From positions 33,982,401-34,046,400 of the forward strand of contig CM120641.1 in NCBI GenBank assembly GCA_051362555.1: DNA of 64,000 bases. Direction: 5' to 3'. The notes beneath the pieces were generated by a model. The model saw only the letters and a program-made list of their open reading frames with translations. It searched no databases and was not told where the DNA came from. The position numbers and the translations under genes are program-made. Origin of the DNA: Lingula anatina (Eukaryota > Animalia > Brachiopoda). This document shows, piece by piece, positions 38,401 through 48,568 of the stretch (positions are counted from its first letter, which is position 1; each line of letters begins with the position of its first letter).

Positions 38401-41400
38401 TGTAAGTTAATTATCTGGCTGTCATGATTTTTGTTACTTTTGGAAATAAAGCTTTTCTGTTTCATGTCATGGTGTATCTCCTCTTGCAGTTGAATAACAT
38501 TTCATACAAAATCATAATCTGATTTATTAACATTCAAAACAACCTAAAAATCTTGGTATTTTGTTAAAAAGAAACTCCCTGTAAATCCCATAGACTAAAG
38601 ACATTTTGATTCAATTTCAGGAGAGGGCTGATGGATATAAATAATTCTACCATGGAGATAGACTTGGAGACCAGCAGACACACACTTATTCTGCAAGAGT
38701 TAGTATACTGAAAAATTAACACTGCAAGGAGTTACCTAAATACTAGCAGTTAAAATAATTACAATAATAACTTGTGACCATTACATGCAATTTCCCTCAT
38801 AGACTGGTGTATGCTCTTTAAGTTTGGCTGATGAACCTCTTTTTTTAAATAGTTATTTATAGCAAAATGAGATTTTGAGAAGTGTTAAGACTTTAATTAT
38901 AAATGTATGTATAAATATTTGGTTGTGTAAAACGTATATTATTATCATCTTATTCAATGAAAATGCAGTGTTTTTTCCTCATGATCAGTCTTGATAACAC
39001 AGCTGGCAGATTTTATGTGAGTCACCTTTATTGATGTTTTTGTTCTTTCACAGATATGAGGCAGAAAAGACAAGAAAGCAGAAAGATTCCAGTGCTTCAG
39101 CTTCAGACCTCTCAAAAGGTATGGGTTGTTTATGAAATGAATACAAATATAGGCACAGTTTTCTAACTGCAACTACTTACATGTATATGTCCTGAGTTAG
39201 CTGTTATGTTTATCTTTGTATTTATAATTTATATTAGTATAACTTGAAATCTTTTACCAGAGGTAGTCAATAACAAGAAATATTTTCACATCTTTCTATT
39301 TCATCATAATTTTAATCATTTTCTTTTTTCGGATTATGATTTATTAAGAAATGCAACCAGTAATGTCTTATTCACATTTAGATGAAGAAGGCGTTGAAAA
39401 AGAAGCAGAATTGGCCAGCACCCCAGAACCTGACGATGTCAAAGTGGCAAGAGACGAACTGAAGGTCCTCAGGGAAGAAAAAGAACGAACTGAAAAAATC
39501 AAAGTTAACATTGAGAAAGAGTTGGTTGTAGCCAAACGGAGAGCAGAAAAGTTGGAAGAAGTAAGCAGACATTGAAACTGACATGTGGGCAAGCATGTAA
39601 ATTCATGAATTATCAAATGAACATCAGGAGTGATAGACTGTGTGTATTTTGAAGCCAGTTTGGCGAGTTGTCTGTTAATTTGATAATGTGTATCACTCTT
39701 AAAGATTACTCTTTTAATTTTAGGACATGAACAGCTTTTTTCAAAGCATTACAAAAGTAGTTATACAGAAATACATTTATGGAAAAAAGATTATATGATT
39801 CTTTATGGCTTTTATAAAATTTAAAGGTTTAAAATGACAATCATGCCACAAAGCCATTATAATTATATTTTAATATCTCTTATCTCATCCAGATTCTGCC
39901 CAGCAAAATCAGCAGTGAGGAGCAAAAAGAGATCTTGTCCCTCTTGTGCAAAGTGCATGAACTGGAGATTGAAAACATAGAGCTTCAGTCTCAACTGTTT
40001 CTCAAAGAACATGAAATTAGGCAAAAAGATGTTGACTTCACCAAGCATCTTCATGGCCGCACACTCAGGGATGAAATTATTCAGCGACAGAGAGCATTAT
40101 TGGAAGGTAATATAAATTGTTTCTATTGAATTGATTTAAAATTTTGTTCTTTGTGGAAATTATTTTAATTATAACCTATTATGATGAGAGATAAAGCCCT
40201 TTGCAGATTTTTTTTAGATACAAAATTAATTTAAAAAATAAGAAAAAATACCAAAAGGTGATTTTTTCCGAGCTGCCATATTTTCCTTCCATATCTATTT
40301 AATACCTGATAGCAACTGATTATATTATGTTAATTCATGTGATAGTACATTTACAACAGTACCCTATGCAATTCAGAATGCCAGATGTCTTGCCCGAAAG
40401 ACTTGGAAGAACTGTATGACTTGTATGAGGAACAGCAGCAAGAAGAAGGAGCAGTTTCCAGAGATACCTCCACCCACAATTTATCAAACTTGCCTTCATA
40501 CAAAGTATGTATATGACAAATATAGTGCATGCATATTTGTTTTACTTTCCAATACAAGAATGCTTTATATTTAAAAAAAAAACAAAGTGTCCTTTCACTG
40601 TGATCAGATTCCTACAAGTAATGGCAGTGTAATCATTTATTTATTCTATATATATGTTCTTCTCAAAGTGCAACCTGTTTGTCTATCTGTTTGTCTGTCT
40701 GCCTGCCTGTCTCTACATTTGTCTATGTTTATTTATGAGTACATGAATGGTCAGTTTAAACACATAATTGAGTGAACCATTTTCCTTGATAAATTTCAGA
40801 CTGTATCTATAACAAACATGAACAGGCACTTTCTGGAGCCAGAGAACTCAGAAGAGCATCTGTCTGTTGTGGAAGAAGACGGCAGTAGTCAACAAGCGAT
40901 CCACTCCAAGAGAGACATTCTTAGACGATCTTCAGCGCACATGTTGCACAAAGAGCAGTAAGAACACTTTACCTCACACTGGTTCTAAGTATTCAATTGG
41001 AAGTATTGAATTTTGACCATCTTTATCTCCAGAGAGAGTTTTAATTTGATTATTATTACTATTATTTCATTTTGTATTATTTTTTCTGAATCATTAATAG
41101 ATTAGATTTTTGTAAATGATGCTTCATTATGACTGGTCCATTTATAAAGATATTTTATATTTGGCTAATAAATAGTGCCATGATAATGATTTTGTACTTA
41201 TTTTCAGACGCAAAGACAGCACTACAGAAGAGGATGATATCTCCATTATGGACACAAAAGATTTTGCATCAAATGCTGTGACTAGAACAAACTCAGTTCC
41301 TAAACTAAGTGGACGAAATTCTGACAGTTCTTTAAACAAAGTGGAAATTCAGTCTAAAACGAGGAACATTGCTGCATTGGCAGCAAGGAAAAGGACTAAA

Positions 41401-41826
41401 GCCCAGATGGATGCCTTGAATACATTGGAGAGGCTTAGTGTGTATGACAGAGAGATCAACAAGACTTTTGTTTCCATGAATTCTTTGCAAATAGAGCAGC
41501 TGCCAGACTCTGAATCCTACCTCACTCCCAGTCGACTGGCAAAACATGACAACAAATACGGATCCATTCTTACTGTTCAGCACATGGATGATGACTCAAC
41601 GTCTGTGTTGACCCTGGACAAGAAAAGCAGCGGTGTCATTGTTGAAAAGAGTGGCGCAGCAAGGGTGACTGGTGGTGCTACTAAAGTGGCAACTAAGAAA
41701 GGGGTTCGTAAACTGGGAGGCAATAATCACAAGAGGAGGACCAGAGCTGATAACCCCAATGGGAGCACTCAGGTAATTGGAAGTTTGGGATATATCAGCA
41801 GCACATTGATACATATTCACATTATA

Positions 41827-41901
<75 letters not shown>

Positions 41902-44477
41902 AGCATTTTTTAAGTAAGTGCCATTACTTCTGTGTAAATTCTGAAGCCAGCTGGAAGACATTCTGTCATTTTCATAAATTGTCAGAAATGTTAACTTTGA
42001 TTTAATAATACAGAATTATGATTATGTTTGGCTTTGCTGACTACTTTCACTGCTTTAATTAATATATTAGTATTAAAAGTGCTTTCTTTTTTTTTTGGGG
42101 GGGGGCAGCAATTGTTCTAACCTCAAGCTTACATTTATTTGTTATTTACATTATTTAACCTAATTTTAAAAATACTTATTTCATGAAAAGCATTTTTGTA
42201 GTAAATAGCGGATATCTAACAAAAATAATTTGAGATATATGCTTGCTTCAGAATATACCAAAACATGTTATAAATATTATACACTGTAAGAAACCAGTGC
42301 ACATGCCTGCAATTTTGTTTTACAGCTTCTCACTGCCGAAGAATATTTTAAACAGGTACACGGCTTTATATAGCATGCTTTGCATAATTTTCAGCTAAAA
42401 TGTTGGTAGGGGTTCAATGCATTTATTAGATATGGTAGAAGGAATGGAAACCCCTAACAGTTGCTGAGAAAGCTTTGTCTATTTTATGGAATGTTGTAGC
42501 TTGTGTGTGTCATTGTGTATGTTTTAACTGTTTATTTGTTTTTTTCTGTCAGCATGAGTGAAAAAAAATGGAATTAGAAGGACATGTGGTCCTTTTCGTT
42601 TTTACCTCTAATATTGCCAGGCTGAGCTTTAATTTGCTTATAGTCAGTTTGTTAGACTCGCATGGCAGGATGTTTAGAATATAACTGCTTTATTACAGTG
42701 TTATTTTACTCCTTACAATATGCTTATCACAAAACATATGATTTAATACTAACATTTTTAAGGATATTTTTAATCACAGTTGTGTCCATAATTATGTATG
42801 TCCAAATATGTTGTCTTTTGATATGTCAGTTTGTAATATATATATAGATATATTACATGTGATTGTTTTCTGCTGTGTTTAGAAAAAAAAAAGATTCGGA
42901 GGTTTATGCACCAGGAAGAATAAAAGTCAATGTTCCATTAATTTTCTTATTTATTTATCTGCTATCCAAAGCAAATTGATGTTATTTGTACATGATATTA
43001 GCATCTTTGAAATTTATCAATTTATCAATCAATGAATGAAATACAGTTGGGTTATTATACTGATATCTCATCAATTTCAGCTTGCCAAGTCGGGCCCTCC
43101 AAAACACCAAGAGACCAGGGGATCTACCTCCAACCTCTCTACTGTGGGGACCAAGAAGGTCCATACAAAGAAGAGGCCCAGTCATCACAAACAGCCAGTA
43201 GGCGCATCCACGTCCACCACCTTTGCCGATCTTGAGCCCCAGAGGACGTCCAGGGTCCGATTTCCCACTGACCACCCTGTCAATGGTAAGACTGAAAATT
43301 TCAAAATTTTATTCTGATGAGAAGTGGCAGTAGTTAATTGAAATTAAATGATGTTGAAGTAGCATTAGTCCCTTTTTGCACCTTCAAACGTTCAACTTTA
43401 GCTTTAAAGCTAACTTGGTTTTATACATTCATTGTTGCATATATTTATTTTGTACACCATAAGTTCTGGTTTAAGTTTGATTGAGCAGATCTACATGTTC
43501 ATAGTGCTTTAACTGATTGCAATCAGCTTTCTTAACTGAGACTAACTAATTGCTGTGAACCCAACATAGCTTTCAACCCCGAACCGTCATAAAGTGACCA
43601 CAGCGAAGCAGATCAGGGTTGATTCAGAGATTATCTAGATAAGATTCTTGTTTATGTTCCCAGTCTGAAAGAGACTAAAGTGCCATTGCCATCACCCTAT
43701 ACTACCAGCAGGATCCATCTATCTCCGAGGGGAAACTCGCTAAATTGCTTTCAGTTTAAGCGCACACAAAAGTAAATTACCCCTAGCAGCTTCAGTGGGA
43801 GTGACAGACATTTAACCCCCTTAAACTGAAAACAATTTGGTGAGAATCCCCTGGGAGTTAGATCGATCCTGCTAGTACTAGTAGTACATGAAGTTTATGG
43901 GAACCCAGTCTAAGAGTTGTAATGGTATTAACTTCAGGTCAGGGTGAGCTGCGTGAATTGACCCCCGTCAGCACATCATCCAGCACTGTGTACCAGATTG
44001 CCCCAGAGAAGGGAAAGGGACTCACTGTACAGAAAAAGATGAGAGGTGAGGACAAGTGCACAGAGAAAGTCAGAGAGAGAGAGAGATGGTGTGTGTGTGT
44101 GTGTGTGTGTGCACGCGTGTATTTTATAGGATCTATGTCATCTTTTTAACTATCAAAAGTCGCCAGTAATTCAACCAATTTTAAGAATTTTCTTTTTAAT
44201 TATTGAATACATGGTATGGATATAAGGAATAAACAGAATTAGATATTGAACTATGCAGACGTTAGGTAGGTTAAACATGTGCATGTGTGTGTGTGCGTTA
44301 AAGAAAATTAATGTCAATATTGAAATTTCTGTTTTAGTGTTCAACTCCAACCTGCCATTGTCTCACTCTCCTGCTGTCAGCACACCAGGACAAAGGGATA
44401 AGAAACCCCCTCCAACCATTCCAGCCAACTACAGGAAAGGGGACATCCACATCACTGGGTTTAGTCTTCAGAGATAA
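25100..44477 (+). CDS. KIF19: Kinesin-8 family ciliary-tip depolymerase KIF19, about 1044-1054 aa
   Basis: Exons 25100-25138, 26099-26179, 28703-28813, 32891-32978, 33361-33497, 34131-34253, 34665-34944, 36753-36937, 37218-37371, 37632-37728, 38621-38698, 39054-39118, 39382-39560, 39893-40106, 40377-40504, 40800-40957, 41208-41772, (42326-42355 candidate), 43081-43285, 43938-44045, 44338-44477 (TAA). P-loop YGATGAGKT, switch motifs SSRSH and DLAGSER. KIF19-type segments [37 protein letters not shown] and [15 protein letters not shown]. In-frame TGA upstream of the ATG. Tail exons are less certain. Confidence 0.93.
26355..26434. repeat. 39-bp tandem duplication
   Basis: TAGTTCTGCTGTT(G/A)ATAAGATTAAAATAAG(T/C)TTTCCATG twice, at 26355 and 26394. 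Confidence 0.9.
32391..32419. repeat. (TA)n microsatellite
   Basis: Direct inspection. Confidence 0.9.
33565..33782. mobile_element. PIF/Harbinger (Tourist-like) MITE with TAA TSD
   Basis: taa|GGGCTCATTCCCATTCAAA ... TTTAAATGGGAGTGAGCCC|taa (17/19 TIR match). Confidence 0.8.
36679..36716. repeat. (TG)n microsatellite
   Basis: Direct inspection. Confidence 0.85.
37765..37919. mobile_element. hAT-type MITE with a perfect 8-bp TSD
   Basis: GGTCCAAT|CAGTGTT ... AACACTG|GGTCCAAT (TSD at 37757-37764 and 37920-37927). Confidence 0.8.
37996..38402. mobile_element. Harbinger-like foldback MITE (same family as 13037/33565/43679), interrupted by a nested element
   Basis: CTGGTTTAATCCAACTC versus GAGTTGGATTCATCCAG inverted; central TAGGGGGGTAATTAGC...GCTTAATTACCCCCTA. 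Confidence 0.6.
38220..38346. mobile_element. Nested palindromic MITE (CMC/CACTA-like: GGG right end, 2-bp TSD, subterminal ATCCTATAGG repeats)
   Basis: at|TCCTAATAAAA...(GGATCCTATA)n GAAATTGGGCCAATTTC (TATAGGATCC)n...TTTTTGTAAGGG|at; near-perfect palindrome centred at about 38281. Confidence 0.65.
41829..41901. repeat. (TA)n microsatellite followed by poly(T)
   Basis: Direct inspection. Confidence 0.95.
43679..43910. mobile_element. Degenerate copy of the TAA-target MITE family in a KIF19 intron
   Basis: GCACACAAAAGTAAATTACCCCT, GTGAGAATCCCCTGGGAGTTAGATCGATC and end GGGAACCCAGTC|TAAG; internal inverted CCAGCAGGATC / GATCCTGCTAG. Confidence 0.6.
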
Positions 44478-44659
44478 ACTGACTAATCAGGGGAAAGGAG
44501 ACATCCACATCACTGGGTTTAGTCTTCAGAGATAAACTGACCAAACAGGGGAAAGGAGACATCCACATCACTGGGTTTAGTCTTCAGAGATAAACTGACC
44601 AAAGAGGGGAAAGGGGATATCCTTATCACTTGGTTAACCCTTCAGAGATAAACTGACCA
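44434..44659 (+). repeat. 58-bp tandem repeat, about 4 copies, spanning the KIF19 stop codon
   Basis: ACATCCACATCACTGGGTTTAGTCTTCAGAGATAAACTGAC at 44443, 44501 and 44559, plus a diverged copy at 44617. Confidence 0.95.
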
Positions 44660-47389
44660 GTGACTTGTCAAAACTTGTCAGATTTGAAAGATAACTTCAT
44701 TGCTTTCAGTGTGTAAATGTAGATTGAGAGAAGATGCCATACTTTTAAATAGACTGTTTTTAGAAAATTATATTTATATTATTAAGTCATGTATTAGACA
44801 AACAAACCAAAGAAAGATGTCATATGAACCAAAGTGCAACAGAAGTTTTTTCAATCTTTACTAATGAACCAAAGGATAAACATTTTACCAACCAAAGAAA
44901 AAATGTCAACAGTGCTATAAAAAATGTGTTAATTAAGAAAAGCAAATTATTTGCTTTTTGAGCACCAGAGAAAAGAACATTTCAATGGATGCTACACTCA
45001 CCGGTAGTCATATAGATATATCACAAATTGTGCTATGTGATTAATAGTTGGCATCTTTATGATGCATCGATCATCAGTCAAAAACAAAATAGAGAATATA
45101 TTTTAAAGTTAGATTGAGTATTAGTGCATTATAATGGTTTTAATATGGTTTTGGCATTCTGGCCTTGCTGTTATGGTAGTAAAATGACCAACCTATTTGT
45201 TGATACATGTGCATTTTCTACTTCTCCCTACTTTGACATAAACAACTGGTAATGACAAATTTTGACAAGTGCCATATTGAGGATGTTATGAATTTTCAGA
45301 TGTTAAGAAATGCAGATTAATCATGAAATAACACAGAAATGTACATCTTTGTAAAATTAAAAAGGGCACAACGTACTAGTACTTATGAACTTTGACTTTG
45401 CAGGAGGACGTTCTCCTGTACAGAATATTTAAAATCGTGGTTGTTGGAGGGGGGTGATATATATATTATATTACAAGTGCAATAGCAACTAAATTATCAA
45501 TGCATAGGGGCACCATAGAGCACATACTTGTGACTCTAACATAGTACCAGAAATATTGTTCTGTGAACAAGAAGTGTGCCTTGAGACCAGTTTGAAACAA
45601 TGGTGTCAGTTTTATTTATTGGAATCTCATATTTTTTAGTTAGGATTATTAGTTGGAAAATCATGAACTACCACTGAGTGGGAAACTTCATGTTGTTTGA
45701 ATAAATATTTCCTGCATCATACGATATTAGCTGGATGTAAATAGGATCATGTACTGATGCGACCTCGACAAATGGTTATTTTGGTGCTAAATATGAAAGT
45801 ACACTTTCTCTGTTTTAGGAGTTTTTAACTTGAAATAATAGAATTTTATCTGTATATTTAAAGTTATGTGTTAATTGCCAAAATAAAATAAAAGATAGAT
45901 AAACTTAACTTGTTCTGTAGTGCAATATTATTTTTGTAAATTCTGAAGCATATTGAATTGAAGAAGACATGTTTATATGGTTGATATTTTATCAACATTT
46001 TCCTTGTATCTAGCAGTCATTAAATCCCTGTAAATAGTTACTTCAGTACCTTATTGATTATAAAAATCTAAGTATGAAATAAAACATTTATTACAACTTT
46101 TATGTTTGTGAGAGAAGAGTTTTTATTAGTTACGTACTTTTGTGTGTATTTCGTAATGTTTGCATCCAGTGTATTTAGATTGTATTTATCTGATAAGTAA
46201 TTCAAGCAATAAAGTATGCTTAAAATATACATACACGACCCTTAAGGATATTGTCACCCTTTGCCCAAAACGCCTTATTAACTGCCTTACACACATTCTG
46301 ATCACCGGTCTCTCCCTCCGTCCACTCTTGTCTACACTCTCAAAAACGATAATAGTTTCTTATTGACAAAATCGTTTTTGAAAAACGACACTAGTTCCTA
46401 GTTGCCTGATTTTTTTCTCAAAAAACAAAACTGGAAACTGGACATTAACTTCAGCACCCTTCAAGGGGAGCCACGTGGATGAGAGATGCATCAGGTGCTC
46501 AGCACATTGTAGCATAAGAGCTAAGCACAATGTGGCACTTTATTGATTGGTGCAATCAAATATGACTTCTGCATGCTTTATCAAATATCCATCTATAAAA
46601 AAAGTACAATTGGTATCATAAAAGTATAAAATGAAATGTTTGTTAGTCGGTGTTTTAACCTTTTAACTTTTTAACTAATTTTAAAATATATTCGATCAAC
46701 TGAATAAAGACTAGTGTAAGTAAAACGTATTTCTGAATGCCTTCATGTCGTTTTACGCATCTAATCCATAAGTCGGTCTCCGGTTCTATGGAACTACCAT
46801 TCCTGCCACACCGGCAGCACATGGGACCCCTAGAATAAGGTAGTTTGCCGCGTCTCTTTCAACCTCTGACAGCCTAATTAAGTGAAACCGTAAATCAATC
46901 TTTACAAATGCTCTGTACTGCCACTTTACGATCAATCTTTTGCAAGCAAGTCATGTGGGATTTTCATAATTAAAGATATATACCAGCTCCTGGCGGCAAT
47001 TGCAATTTGATGACGACTCTATGTCCCAGAGGGCGTGGTCAAAGGGGGGAGGGGGAAGAGAATGCCTTATCTTTATGGATTTGTACAAAATGTTTTGAAG
47101 CGCCCGTTTGAAGTAAAATCTATCCAGCAAGGGGCCATCGAATGAACAAAGCTTACGGGTGGATCACTGTTTGACTGGTGAATGATTTGTCATTACAGGC
47201 GGCTGATGACTATTTGGACGCTCTGGGATCTATATTTGACTCGAGTGAAGACACACAAACAATTTTAACGGAAAAAAAGGCTACAGTTATTCACCGATCA
47301 AGGCGTATGCATGTTAACATGTATGTATTTATACCGAATATCTAGAATGAAAATTACATTGAATACCAAAGAGAAGTAATTCATGTCCT

Positions 47390-47482
47390 CCAGAGACCAG
47401 TGAAAGCGTGGCCCAGGACCATGCATTCCCAAGGGCATACATTTCCAGGTGCTTTCCTCCTGGGCACAGTTTCCTTCCACGT
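47390..47482 (+). mobile_element. Degraded SINE fragment (V-domain-like)
   Basis: GGTGCTTTCCTCCTGGGCACAGTTTCCTTCCAC (47448-47480) resembles the V-SINE motif GTGGGTTTCCTCCGGGTGCTCCGGTTTCCTCCCAC (recalled); boundaries approximate. Confidence 0.4.
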
Positions 47483-48568
47483 ATACACAGTAATATTATT
47501 GGCGGTTGAGAGACGAGATACATAGCACTTGATTGTGTTGCAATTCTTCATTTGCTAATTAATCATTTTCTTAGCATCCCTCATAGACGTCACATTTACG
47601 CTATAAACAGTTGTTTTGCCTTTTAGATGATTTAGAGAAAAAATGCAATTACCGTTTCTCATCAGTGATCCACCTTGCAAATGGTTTTCTGAAACACCAA
47701 TAAAAATGTACTCCCTCTCACTGACTTTTAATGCATATATTTACACATGCTATCTTGATTTTTATGCAAATAAATGACACGAGCAAGGCCAAGTTGATCC
47801 GAGCATTACGCTCTTTTGAGTTTATTGTCTAGGCTCTCATACAATGTTTGCTAGATTTTATTGTGAACTACACATAGAAAGTATCGATGTTGTGAGACTC
47901 TAGGGTTCTGACAGTGGATGGCAAGCATATTGTGGATGGCTTAATTTGTTAAATGATCTCCTAGGGGAAGAAGACGTTAAAATCTGACATCATGCGGTGG
48001 AAAGCAAGAAAAATCGAAAATTAGGAAAAATGGTTCAAGTGTTTCAACTTCACCTGCACTTTCCCTGCAAGCAATTTTAGTAACCTGAAGTTCTCACTCT
48101 TGCTCTGAACGTGAGTTTAATCATTTGTGTTTAACATTTACCGGTACTGCAACTGTGACTAACAAACTTTACTCATAACGCAGATGATGCGTTTTGGCGT
48201 CGATGATTTTCGGGAGAACGGCTGTAGGCAATCTACAGCACGTGTCGGCATAAGTGCTATTTACATATTAAACGTGCAATCGACTTAGGATGAAGAGTGA
48301 TCATAATTTGAGGGAGGGGAGTGGGAGTGATTGCCTGTGTAAGAGGGATTACGCACTAAGCTAAAGGCCAAGGACAAACTTTGTTCTGGCATAATTAGAA
48401 ACCATTTCTGAGACATTTCGGAACCGACAAGAAGCAAGTGCCCGGAGAGCTACCACGGTGTGTGTGTAAATATAAGGGAACGCTGAAAATTATGGGAGCA
48501 TGTCCGTAAATAAACCTGTGGAAGTCGTTGCAGAAGCATAAACCATCAGGATAGAAACAACGGCAAAG

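Noticed and set aside
42883-42925. Second possible KIF19 microexon after tgtgtttag
   Set aside because: A-run start and no convincing frame-preserving donor.
44434-44659. Regularly spaced repeat considered as a CRISPR array
   Set aside because: Eukaryotic context, contiguous units without unique spacers, and no cas genes.
46498-46536. Hairpin CACATTGT...ACAATGTG considered as a pre-miRNA
   Set aside because: The stem is too short and imperfect, and I recognise no mature miRNA.
47381-47551. Minus-strand peptide ending TGLWRT-TGA, resembling the claudin GLWRTC signature (pseudogene or selenocysteine?)
   Set aside because: No TM1 or TDYW upstream and no downstream exons; the region is better explained as a SINE remnant.
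47640-47675. Minus-strand CTGATGA-GAAAC hammerhead-like core
   Set aside because: No stem II and no stem III or cleavage triplet.
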